A stretch of DNA of 63,895 bases, counting the filler, from Octopus bimaculoides (Eukaryota): assembly GCF_001194135.2 (NCBI RefSeq). It is 5 parts of 5 records of this genome, joined end to end, with 100 filler letters (N's around TTAATTAATTAA, not from the genome) between each part and the next. Parts side by side here need not be neighbours in the genome. Positions count along the whole stretch, not along the records: positions 1 to 16,049 come from NC_068990.1; positions 16,150 to 19,005 come from NC_068993.1; positions 19,106 to 41,229 come from NC_068982.1; 2 more parts are not named here. One strand, 5' to 3'. Each line of letters begins with the position of its first letter. The first letter of the stretch is position 1. Below the pieces are notes generated by a model, which searched no databases, was not told the origin of the DNA, and was given only the letters and a program-made list of their open reading frames with translations. Of this stretch, positions 12,893 to 25,193 are shown piece after piece. Position numbers and translations under genes: made by a program.

Positions 12893-14388
12893 TACATTCT
12901 GATATGTAGTAATCAGCAAATGATACTTTCATTGCTATTGCGAATAGCCACCGGGCTGAATTAAAAAGTCCGGTATATGCAATTGAAGTAAAATAAAATT
13001 CAATTAACCATCGATATATTTACAATTAATACAAACCTGTTACCAGTCCAAATATGCTTGAAGCATATTCGAACCCGTAAGGAAGTCATTCATTGTATTT
13101 AGTCATAGAAAAAATTTCTCGCTGAAGACAAACCGCTGTCTCACAGCTCACTGCATCCCTAACCAGGCTGTGGGATGCATGTATTTCGGAGTAGTTATCT
13201 CCTCTTCAGCAACAGAGACCGGGAAGCGATGCAGCGAACCGACACGAGAGACCGGTCCTTCTTATGTGTTCCCGTCATCATTCATTGTAATTAATGTATA
13301 TATGCCGTTGACAGGCGACATATTTTGGTTTGCGCCATGTGTCGCTTTTCCTTCGAGACACTAATATGTAAATGATTCGTACTCTAAAATGTATGGCAGC
13401 CACAGGGAGCAACAGATTTCGCCAAGAGACCTAGCTGCAGTCATTGCAGTCATTGCATATATACTGATGCAGGCACGAGCCAGCAATGAAGTTTTCACGC
13501 TATTACTCGACCTGTTAAATGCAACAGAAAATCTCCCTCATACCACGCTGTATATTTAAAAAGTACACATTCGATAATATAATTGCAAGTGCATTATTCC
13601 TGATCACAAAGACGAGACATTGTTGAAACGCCTTTGAGTAAGGCTGACCTGCGGTTAAACAACTACAACAAAATGAGTAACTGGCCAACTCGGTTTTCGT
13701 TTGATTGTTGCTCACCTAATCCTGAAACTGCAAAATATCCGAGCGTACGAAGCAGCCTCGCACTATTAACCAGAAATAGCTACTAAATTGTCCTCAAACT
13801 ACACCTTACTCTCTTAACTAGTGAAAGGGTCGATATTAGTGTAAACCTACATATGTCCAAAAGGACGGTAATCGCCACGGACGAAATACCTTTAATCATG
13901 AGTCTTATCAATTAAGACTGAATTGGGTGAAACAACAAGACCAGCAGCAGCAGCAGCAGCAGCAACAACAACAACAACAACAACAGCAATAACCATGACA
14001 ACATCAGCATATTTATTTCGGCACCCTATCATCTGTGATAGTAATTCTATTGTAGCAGTGTGTGACTTTACGCCAGTGCTACTTATAATTTGTCATATTT
14101 TATTTTAGATATTTTCTTACAATATTTTGCCAGAAACATAATGTAAGAGTGGTCGTTTTAGTTGGAGTCGGTCCAGCATGCTATTTGAACTTATAAAATA
14201 AACAGAAATAATCAGCAACCACTGATAAACATTTAATAATGGTTTCTTAGATTGGCCCTGGGCCAAAAACACTAAGGGAGAAAAGTATAGTTGATATAAT
14301 GGACTCCATAATATGCTAGATACTTATTTTATTGATTCAGCAGAATTATGGACAGGCTGAGCTGGTAGAAGCAGAATTTGAACTCAGA

Positions 14389-14433
<45 letters not shown>

Positions 14434-14752
14434 AACATGTATACGGAAATAAATATATCACTATTTCGACTGGTAGAATTCTTGGAGCGCTGGAATAAAT
14501 ACTTTACGGTGCTCGTATTTACTACCTACTCTTTATATTCTTAGTTCAAATCNNNNNNNNNNNNNNNNNNNNNNNNNNNNNNNNNNNNNNNNNNNNNNNN
14601 NNNNNNNNNNNNNNNNNNNNNNNNNNNNNNNNNNNNNNNNNNNNNNNNNNNNNNNNNNNNNNNGACAAAATGCTTTGCGACATTTGTTCTGACTCTTTAC
14701 ATTCTGAATTCAAATCCCACCAAGGTCAAGTTCGCAGTGTGTGATAAAACAT

Positions 14753-15000
14753 TTTGTTTTCTTTTTGCGCCCTTTTAAAGCCTAGCCAGTTTCCCGGTTT
14801 CAATGGCGTATGTGTTCCCCAGCTGGACGGGACGCCAGTCCATCGCAGCGTTACTCATTTTTGCCAGCTGAGTGGACTGGAGCAACGTGAAGTGAAGTGT
14901 TTTGCTCAAGAACACAACGCGTTGTCTGGTCCAGGAATCGAAACCACAATCTTACGATCATGATGCTGACATCCTAACCACTAAGCCGCGCGCCTCCACA
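14753..15000 (-). mobile_element. SINE with family C head but a different body, flanked by a 13-bp TSD and inserted in a family B relic
   Basis: TGTGATAAAACAT at 14740-14752 and 15001-15013; family B-like sequence on both sides. Confidence 0.85.
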
Positions 15001-15387
15001 TGTGATAAAACATAGTACCAGTTAAATAATTCCTACTGGTCTTGAACCAAGATCTAAGACAATTATTAATATTGCTATTGAAATTTTAGTACAAAAGGAC
15101 GCTTCTTTAGATCGCTCCGATGATATTGACTTAATGCAACGTTTCACAGAATGAACTTCTTAAAAAATTACAATACGAAATTCTTAATGCCTGAACGTCT
15201 ATCTCAATGCATCATGTTGAAGATTACGATTTTCCAACCCCACTTTATATATGTCTCCTCTTGTGTTTGCCTTCATTTCAATACGGCTTCCGGTTCTAGG
15301 GCAATAATAATCCGCCCACAAGCCAATTAGTATTAAATATAACAGAAAAGACAAAAAAGAAAATAACAATAACAACAAAGCCTATAC

Positions 15388-15870
15388 GGGTACAGGACGT
15401 CACCAACAGTAAACAACATGAAATACGAAAACAAATGAGTTCAATACGCAAACAATGAGAGAAACAAATGAAAAACAGGACAATTAACATTAAGAACGAC
15501 CCTCCTACCTCTCTCTTCTATCTTTTCTCTTGTCAAAGAAAATATTTTTCCAGCGTTCGCTATTTTACTCTCGTTCTGGTCTAACGACCCTCCCCGTTTG
15601 TTTTCGTTCGCTTACCTTGTATGTCTCCACTGTTCTGCTTTTGTTCCCAACTTTGACGCTCCATAAATCCCAAATTTTATTTTGGTACTTATGGAAGCAA
15701 CTGTCTTCGAAAACTCATACTATCGTACAATGCTCGAAATGAGGAGCAGATAGACAGCCGACAACTGATGAAGAGTCGTTCTTTATGTTACTTGCCCTGG
15801 TTTCTATTTGTTTCTCTCGTTGTTTGCGTATTAAACTCATTTGTTTTCGTATTTCACGTGCTGTACCCAT
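15388..15870. repeat. Inverted repeat with about 100-bp arms (about 15407-15502 and 15774-15868) and a spacer of about 270 bp
   Basis: GAAATACGAAAACAAATGAGTTCAATACGCAAACAATGAGAGAAACAAAT pairs with ATTTGTTTCTCTCGTTGTTTGCGTATTAAACTCATTTGTTTTCGTATTTC. Confidence 0.85.
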
Positions 15871-15886
15871 ATAAGCACACACACAC

Positions 15887-15936
<50 letters not shown>

Positions 15937-16049
15937 CATCACAAAACAAATATAAAAGCAAAACAAAAATGCTGCGTGATGCTACAGCGTCCAGAACTGC
16001 AAATGAAAGCATGCAATAAATAAATAAATACTAAATGAAGTAGTAGTAG

Positions 16050-16149
16050 NNNNNNNNNNNNNNNNNNNNNNNNNNNNNNNNNNNNNNNNNNNNTTAATTA
16101 ATTAANNNNNNNNNNNNNNNNNNNNNNNNNNNNNNNNNNNNNNNNNNNN
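16050..16149. other. Artificial scaffold-join spacer (N44-TTAATTAATTAA-N44)
   Basis: Exactly 100 nt; the same structure occurs four times. Confidence 0.95.
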
Positions 16150-16150
16150 A

Positions 16151-16214
16151 AATCAGGCTGATGAGGACTAGACAAATGGTAAGAATTTGTTAAATCCGAA
16201 ACTAGTTCTTGTTT
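16151..16214 (+). ncRNA. Minimal type I hammerhead ribozyme motif (Penelope-associated type)
   Basis: Stem I AATCAGG/CTTGTTT; CTGATGA at 16158-16164; stem II GGA...TCC with an inner ACAAAT/ATTTGT helix; GAAA at 16198-16201; palindromic stem III ACTAGT; NUH triplet GUU. Confidence 0.65.
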
Positions 16215-16375
16215 AATAATGCTTTTTTAGGTGATTTTAAATGTCTTGCACGCTCACGTTTTTGGTACGCTGCTATATTTCATGTTGAGAACAATTTAGG
16301 TCTTAATAGACACAAGATGTGATCTATTTCTAGCGCATTAATTGTCCACGTTAGTGGTCGACGTTATTTTTTAAA

Positions 16376-16418
<43 letters not shown>

Positions 16419-16662
16419 TTTGTATGTTTATACCAGCGTGTGTGCGCGCGATCGGCGCCTGTGTGTGTCGGTTAGAATTTCCAAACATTACTTTTCCATT
16501 TTTGCATTAACGGAGTTACCTGCCCATCAATTTAGCCCCCATGTAATTGTGTATTCTATAACCTCGTTCACTGTTAAGGCAAGTCAGAGCGATACACCTG
16601 GTGACAAGGGTAGTTCTGACGAGATGTCACGTCGTTTGTCTATCTCTTTCTCACTCTCTCTC

Positions 16663-16741
<79 letters not shown>

Positions 16742-17349
16742 GGGGTGGGGTTGTATGTGTCTGTTTGCAGATATTTATGAGAAATATGAGTGAAGATATA
16801 TGTATGTAGTATACTCAAATTAGAATAAGTTATGACTATTTTGAAGGTATCAAATAAAATTTTAAAAATTTATTTACATAGCAAAAGAAAACTTACTAAC
16901 TTTACTATTTACACTGCTGCAATGAAGTTATAACATGTGCTATCGTGATACTAATCCAAGTCTAGACAGTTCTAGATATATTGCGACATATTACACTTTT
17001 AATATGCGTCTCTTGTTGTATACTAATCTGACATCAAACGACTCTACATTGCATAAAGATGATATGATAAAGAAATTCCAGAATCTCATGGAGCACTTTG
17101 AGTAGTTTAGTTATGTATGTTGACGCCTACCATTCTACCATTTCGGTTCAAAAGATGGTTTTCTACGATTCCTTGTGCATTGCGGTCTCCCGAGTAACGG
17201 GACTAGATTCGATACAACTAAATTTTAAATATCAAATAGCTATAAATAAAGAAGAAACAAACAACGGAGAGACTGATAGAAAATAAGACAATGATGATGA
17301 CCAATTCTATGAACGGGTTTTAATCTGGTATGCATGAACAAAGCTGCTA

Positions 17350-17670
17350 GCACACCGTTGGCTACGACGATGGCCGTTTCAGTTGTTTCGATCAACGGAA
17401 CAATCTGCTCATAAAATTAAGATATAAGTGACCGAGCACTCGATTAACTCGCGTACTATTAACGGTAGTTCTCACGCTAAATCACGAGATTCAGTGTGAC
17501 ACAGAATATGACAAGTGTGGTCTTTTCAATTACAGGTGCAACTAATTTTTATCAGTTGAGTGGACTCGAACAACGTGAAATTAAGTGTCTTACTCAAGGA
17601 CATAATGTACTGCCAGGAATCGAACTCACAGCCTTAGGACCGTTTGCTGAATACCCTAACCACTAAACCA
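17350..17670 (-). mobile_element. SINE family C copy (diverged)
   Basis: GAGTGGACTCGAACAACGTGAAATTAAGTGTCTTACTCAAGGAC...GAATACCCTAACCACTAAACCA. Confidence 0.8.
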
Positions 17671-17699
17671 TGAACCTTCACTGAACAAATCTGGGCATG

Positions 17700-18925
17700 C
17701 TATGTCAATGATCCAGCAATTAAGACTATGTCCGGCTTCCTATTCTGAATCTCCTGGTCGCAATGATTCAGAACATCCCAGACGATCTTTGCATTTCTAT
17801 TTTCGAGAATGCCTTCAGATTTGTGGTCGCACCAATTTTTTGCTCTGTCAAGTCTATACTTCGATTCTTCATGGTGGGTATTTCGATCATTTCTTCGTGG
17901 TGGATATCATGATCGCTACTTATATTCATTGCTCGATGTTTTAGGCACTGAGCAATCACTCTCTTTATACTGTATGGATGGTGGGAGTTGAAGCTGAGGT
18001 ATCATCCAGTGATGGTCGGTTTCTGGTATACGGATGTCCTGAATCCATACTTGGTGCTATTATTAATACGTCTACGAATGCTAGCTGATTGTCTTTTTTT
18101 CTTTTTCCAATGTGAACTGTATGGATGGCTTTATTGAGTTCACATAATCTAACAGCACTTGGTCATCTTCCTGGTGGGGACAGAGTATAAAGGTGTCATC
18201 AACATATCGCAGCCATAGGGTTGCTTTTAGTGGTGTTGATCCTAAAGCCAAATTCTCAAAGTATTACATGAATATATTGGCTATTTTCGGTGATAATGGC
18301 GAACCCATAGCTAAACCGTCTTTTGTCAATATATATCAGTGTCCATACTGAAGTAAGTAGTTTCTACACAGAAGGTCAACATTTTCATCACGTTTCTTAT
18401 TGGTATACTAGTGCGTTCTTTTAGATGGGTGTCTGTCACTAGTTTTTCTTGAATCACCAATAGTGCTTCACCAGTTGGGACATTGGTGAACAGACGTATC
18501 ACATCTAGACTAACCATCTAGTTGTATTCAATGGGGTATCCTTGATCAATTCTGTGAAGTGGGTGGAATTATTCACGTATGATGTTGATTTTCCTGCTAA
18601 TGGACTGATTATATCCACAAGGAAGCGGCTTAGTGGATGACAGGCTGAACCTCTACAGCTCACTATAGGTCTTAATGGAATACCATCCTTGTGAATCTTA
18701 GGAAGACCGTATACGTGTGGTAGTTTACTGTAGTGTTGAGTCAGTTGTCTGTACTTCATTGGTGTAAAGTGATCCTTGTTCTTGATCAAGATCTGTGACA
18801 ACTTCCTCCTTGTTTTTAGAGTTGGATCTTTCTTTACTTAGCTGTAGATACCATCACTTATAAGACTTGCCAGTTTTTCGGAGTAGTCAGTCTTGTTCAT
18901 CACCATTGTAGCATTTCCTTTGTCT
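17700..18925 (-). mobile_element. Penelope-like retroelement, decayed reverse transcriptase
   Basis: YGLPKIHKDGIPLRPIVS, MVSLDVIRLFTNVP, GLAMGSPLSP and LWLRYVDDTF (about 18207-18196), spread across frameshifts. Confidence 0.9.
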
Positions 18926-19005
18926 GTGTATATTTCCTTTGTATGTGTGTATATGTATGTATATATGTGTATATGTATGTGTATATGTGTATATGTATGT
19001 ATATA

Positions 19006-19105
19006 NNNNNNNNNNNNNNNNNNNNNNNNNNNNNNNNNNNNNNNNNNNNTTAATTAATTAANNNNNNNNNNNNNNNNNNNNNNNNNNNNNNNNNNNNNNN
19101 NNNNN
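19006..19105. other. Artificial scaffold-join spacer
   Basis: N44-TTAATTAATTAA-N44. Confidence 0.95.
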
Positions 19106-19171
<66 letters not shown>

Positions 19172-21070
19172 AGTATGTATGTATGTATGTATATATGCAT
19201 GCATATATTTCGTGAAATAATACGAAATGTTTAGCTACTGAACATGAGTATTTTAAGAAGTATTTCGTATGCTATAGAGCAGTTAAATTTTCCTGAAATG
19301 ACAGAAACAATTTAACAGTGAGTAAAATTTTAAAAACCGAAATGAAGACAATACTTCTTATAAAATGTAGATTATAATGATTGGCGCAGAATGTATTAGC
19401 ATGCAGCTACATCTAGGCAATAGCTATATATTCCACGAGAGAGCGGTGTAAAAAGATGTAGATGAAAATAAACAAATCTATATTTAGGATAATAGGAAAC
19501 AGCATAGACATTTCGCAGTGACAAGAATCCATTATCAGGTGAAAGAATACACGATATGACACTCGATAAAAGAATACCTAACGATAAAAAGTGTAACTGA
19601 AAATATCTTTGTACAAATATATGAAAACAAAATAAAGCTATGTTAATAATATACGATGAAGCAACATCGGGAGGAGTATGCTAACTCTCCACCCTTTCTT
19701 TTCTGTTACATACATGATAAATTCAGCACGGTACTAATACCAACGTTTTATGGGAATACTATTTAGAGAAGTTATAAAGATGTAAACTAGATTCTCTTTA
19801 TTGATTAGAAGAAAATATTCAGCATGAAGGATAAAGAAATTGACCCTAAATACAATTTCTAATTAGATTTTTGAATACATTTTCTGTGGATTTCAGTGCA
19901 GCATTTCAGTTCAGAAAATAATAATATTAGTACAGTACTAATTAAGATAATGCAATTAATAGATGCATAATGCTATAATCATTCTTGGATAACGTAGTTA
20001 GATATGATAAAACTAAGAATGAGAAAACTACGAAAGTGCAAGAGATTAAAGTGAAGCTGTGATGCAATGCAGATCTTTCAAATATTGTGCATTTCCTTCT
20101 TGTTTTAGATGTAAATATCACCGAAATTAAATAATTAAGAAGTGGTGGTTAATATATTCCTGAGAAATAAAATCGAGATCCACGTATAGTCCTCCAAATT
20201 ATTATCAGTAGGTTAAAAAAGAGGAGTGGAATGATTATTAGGCACAGCACTTCCTGATAACGGATAATAATAGAATGGTTATTGTACATGGGAATAAGAT
20301 GCAAGTGATTACCAAGCTCGAATATATATGAGAGGCATATGGCACCGACTCATTCCACAGAAAATAAATTACGCACAAAAGAAAGTATGAGAAGAACAGA
20401 ACTTGTATGAGGCACATCCATATCCAGATCTGAACACTGCTGCATTCTTCTTCAAGAAACACAAGTACAAAAACGGAACGGAAAATAAAACCAGTTAAGG
20501 CTTGACAATATGTTTATTGATTCCTTCGGATGCCGGGGTGGGAACCCACGCCAACATATCTTCAGTTATCCGGCCATTGAAATTTCCTGTGAAAAATGAC
20601 CGTTAAACAAAGGGAAATTACTGTGTGGTTGATCGTTATTAAAACAAAAGAGCTATAGACCGCTAAGTAAGGCGAGGGGGTAAAGGTAAGGGATTAGAAA
20701 AGTCCATAGTGTTTGCGTAAACGCACCAATCAGTACAAACGCCTATATATATATACTAAGCCACCCTCGCTTGAAGCACACACATGCTCTCACACATACT
20801 CGCCAAAAACTAAATATATATGTACATATACATATATATATATACCCGCATACACGGGTATACCCGCATACACACCCCTACACACACACGCACTCAACAA
20901 CCTCGCCCCCATACACACGTACGCAAAAAAATCATAGGGCTAGATATACATAAGTACAAATATATAAATATCAGTTTCTCTAGATATTGAGAGATTCATT
21001 GTAACCATACAAGCACACATGAACACTGACACAACACTCTGGCACACACCTTCTGGCACACACACATATA

Positions 21071-21101
<31 letters not shown>

Positions 21102-22819
21102 ACCCTGACCCACACGCATGCCCACACTGACACACACACATACTCATATGTATGTACTGTGTATGTATGTTTATGTATGTATGAATACATGTATATCTCA
21201 TTATAATCTAGAAGATTGGGAGTAATTACTTTCTATATTTTTCTCTATAATATGTTAATGTAACAGTTAATATTTTGTGATGTTTAAACCAGTCATTTAA
21301 ACTCAAAAAATGTCTAAATAGAATATAGCGTATCAAATTTTTTAAAAACTATTTCCGACATTATCGATAAGGCTAATAACGTTTCTGAGAGAAAATTTTG
21401 AACGTTGGAATATTGTGTTCACCTTCTTTGACTATAGCGTAGAGAAGAACGTATTTCATTAAATGCTTGCAGTTTACAATCATTATAGAATAATAATGTT
21501 TTCTCTAGTTTCAATAAAACTATTTGGCAACATTTATAGGATAATTAGAGTCAGACCTCTCTCATAAGTTTTTATTTTTCCTGCAGCATTATATACTTAA
21601 CACTATATTGATCACTACGATTATCAGTATCATTATTATCATTATGATCTTGTTGGCCATCATCATTTTTATTATCGACATCATCCAATTTACCTTAATG
21701 TACATATCTGTAAGCTTATCCCCCTCAAAAATAATCAGTGCTATCATCATCACCATCATTAGATTCGCTTAAATAACTATGTTTTCATCGTCAACATCAT
21801 CATCGACGATAGCACTATTTTCACATTTTCTGCACTTGCAAGCAGTGGCAAAAACAATTATCAGCTCCACCATCTATGCCATTATCCTCGTCAAAATCTA
21901 TCCAATATATCAAACTTCAAACAGTTTTTTTCATAACCTTTACAAGATATTAACCCATCCTCCTGCAGGAAGATAGTCTCTCTGTCTCTCTCTCTCTCTC
22001 TCTTTCTCTGTCTCTGTCTGTCTCTGTCTCTGTCTCTCTCCTCTATTTATTTAGATGGTTTTTGTAAGTACCATTTTCTTCCTCGTACTCGTCATCGACG
22101 TTTCGTGAAATACATTTACATAATATAATACTAACGCCGATAAAATTCGCTCCTGTTTTACGGGAAAACACAAACAGGATTGTTTAAAAACATTACTACA
22201 TTGTTTTCTGTTTAAAATATCTATATGTTCTTGATTTAACTTGTTAAAGTTTTTTTTTTCCTTATCTCAGTAAGAGATAAGGTAATTTTAATATTCCTAT
22301 AGTCACGAAAGGTTTCAATGAGGTCAATAGCAATTTCCGGTGTTCTATAGCCTGTAATTTAAAATATAATATATACTGACGACCATCATGACCCTGTAAA
22401 TGTCCTCCACTCCCGAAACCAAGCCACTTATATTAGATAAAAACTGATAACTGCAGAATGATGTTTATTGGATAATTAATATTGATATTGCATTATCTTC
22501 GATAACAACACATAGGAAAAACGCAAGACCATTTTGCTCAATATGAAAAGTTATCTTCTGTCCATACATCCTCGGCATTAATACTTATTTTTAGATCGAT
22601 CAAAGCATTTTAAAATATGTAGACTAAATTTGTTCAGAGTTGAAGATAATTCTAAATTATAGGAATTAATGCCCTAGAAATTCAGCATTCCTTATGTTGC
22701 ATTGTAAAATCAGCATCTGGGTATAAGAATTTTTTAAAAACTTATTGGTATGATTACTTCATCAAATCAGTTGGATGCGTCAGAATGTGCTCTAAAATTA
22801 AATAGATACTTACACCCCA

Positions 22820-22820
<1 letters not shown>

Positions 22821-22877
<57 letters not shown>

Positions 22878-23080
22878 GCTAGCTAGTTAGCTAGCTAGCT
22901 AGCTAGCTAGCTAGCTAGCTAGCTAGCTACCTACCTACATACATACCTACCTACCTACCTACATACATACCTACCTACCTACATACCTACCTACCTACCT
23001 ACCTACCAACCTATATACATACATACATATAAATACATACATACATACATACATACATACATACATACAAACATATATAC
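22821..23080. repeat. Compound tetranucleotide microsatellite (TATC)n(TAGC)n(TACC)n(TACA)n
   Basis: Read directly from the sequence. Confidence 0.95.
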
Positions 23081-23107
23081 ATTTATATCTATTTATCACT
23101 ATTATAG

Positions 23108-23248
23108 AGACAAGGCCTGGGATTTAGGGCTTTGTCTCTACAATAGACATAATTGGAAAGGATGAAAGGCAAACTCAAGATTAGAATTCAGAAGTAAGTC
23201 GGAAGAAATCCTGGTCAGCATTTTGCATGGCGTGCTAAAGATTCTGCT
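23108..23248 (-). mobile_element. SINE family B relic
   Basis: GGATGAAAGGCAAACTC...CAGCATTTTGCATGGCGTGCTAAAGATTCTGC. Confidence 0.6.
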
Positions 23249-24199
23249 ATCTTGTATGTAGTTGTAGTAATGACGTTAAATCAAATAGAGATATTTTGAA
23301 ATTATTTAATACGTATGTTTCAGATTTGTATGATATATAATAGGAAAACCGTTCATTATGTAAACCTTCGTCAATTAAAGCATTTTTCAAATATGAAGAA
23401 GATGGAAAAATTTCACTGTATATGCGGTTAGTCAGTACGTCGGTTACTAAGAGTGGAGGATACATATATACATACATACATATATANNNNNNNNNNNNNN
23501 NNNNNNNNNNNNNNNNNNNNNNNNNNNNNNNNNNNNNNNNNNNNNNNNNNNNNNNNNNNNNNNNNNNNNNNNNNNNNNNNNNNNNNNNNNNNNNNNNNNN
23601 NNNNNNNNNNNNNNNNNNNNNNNNNNNNNNNNNNNNNNNNNNNNNNNNNNNNNNATATATATATATATATATATATACAACAAGAAATAATTTTTGCCTC
23701 ACTTTATGGAAACAAAAACGTTTATAAGACTGCAAAAAAGAAAAAAAGAAGTGCTCAAATGAGATTGAGACAGATAAAAAAATTGATTAAAGAAGAAACA
23801 TCAGATTCATGTCAACGACTTTATATAACACCATGCTTGCATTCATTTCATCATATGTAGATATTACCATCGCCTTTAACATATTAAGAACACATATATA
23901 ATAGGCAGAGAAAGTAAAAAAATATATCTGCAAATAAAATACAAATATATAGAACGGCCTATCAAGAAGGTATATACAATCGACTAAAAATTCTAAAGCG
24001 TGCCATGTGACTAAAAATCTAATTAATAAAATATCAATCGACTAAAAATATTTATTTATTTATTTATATAAGTCATCAGTTAGATACGGATACAAAGATG
24101 TTCAAAATAGATACTGGAAGCAAAATAGTGGCAGTGAAGAGATAAATAAAACCAAGAGCTCATGACCTAGAAGACTGGAAGTCATATGGTTCGCACTCC

Positions 24200-24960
24200 C
24201 TTTTCCTCTTAGAGTACGAAATTTGTCCAAATTGTTTTTTTACGGTTCTGAAGGAGAATTTCCCAAAGAATCATAAATACTACAGTATCTTCAATAAATC
24301 CCCCATCAAATTTTCTTACTCGGTAATGCTGAATTTAACCTCCGTTATTGCCTTTATTAATAGAAGCAAATTAAATGGGCAAGTGCAATGGAACTATTCC
24401 TCTGTTGGAAACCTTGCTATTGGGCAGTTAAGCTCTAATAAGCCTAAGGTTGGTGTTACAAACCATTTACTCCCACCGGCCTTATCAATCCCCTGTAACG
24501 ATATATCTGACGGGAAGAACGCTGGAAGCCAGATAAGTAATGTTAGTATCAGTAATATTGATATGGGGGGTTCTGGTAAATCGTGTAATTGTAGAAACCC
24601 TAGGTGATATCCCCCTCACGGATTCTGTCTGACTACTAATGCTATATATAAGTGCGTTGTTAAAGAGGAGGGTAGTTTGGATAAGTTTTACATAGGTAGT
24701 ACTGTCAAATTTAAGACGAGATATTGGGCGTACATGAATTCGTTTTCGATCGAAAAATATTGTAACTCCAGTAAACTTGTCTCTTATGTACATAGTTTAA
24801 AAAGGAATTTAAAAAAAGTTACGCTCTTGAATGGTCTGTTATCTGTAAGGTCTCTTACTTTAGAGTTAATATTAACGAGTGTAAGTTGTATATAAGGAAA
24901 TCTCTTGCCATTCTTAGATCCTTTGGGCCTAAAATATTAAAAGAATTTACAGAGGTGATC
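24200..24960 (+). mobile_element. Penelope-like element, linker and GIY-YIG endonuclease relic
   Basis: SCNCRNP..P.HGFCLTTNAIYKCVV...KFYIGST.KFKTRY...Y.NS.KL. Confidence 0.8.
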
Positions 24961-25128
24961 CCTTTCTATAACCATAAGTTTTTTTCTACTTTTCCGAAAG
25001 TATATAGAAGTAAAAGTAGATGTGGTAAATAGTATATAGTTTTACTAGGTTTTGTAACCGGATAGAAAAAGTTCCTATGATTAACAGCTACCTACATGTT
25101 TAACAATAAAATAAAATATTTGTGTTTG

Positions 25129-25193
<65 letters not shown>

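Noticed and set aside
13360-13510. Minus-strand acceptor followed by about 50 open codons
   Set aside because: Phase 2, incompatible with the exon 1 donor; no motif match.
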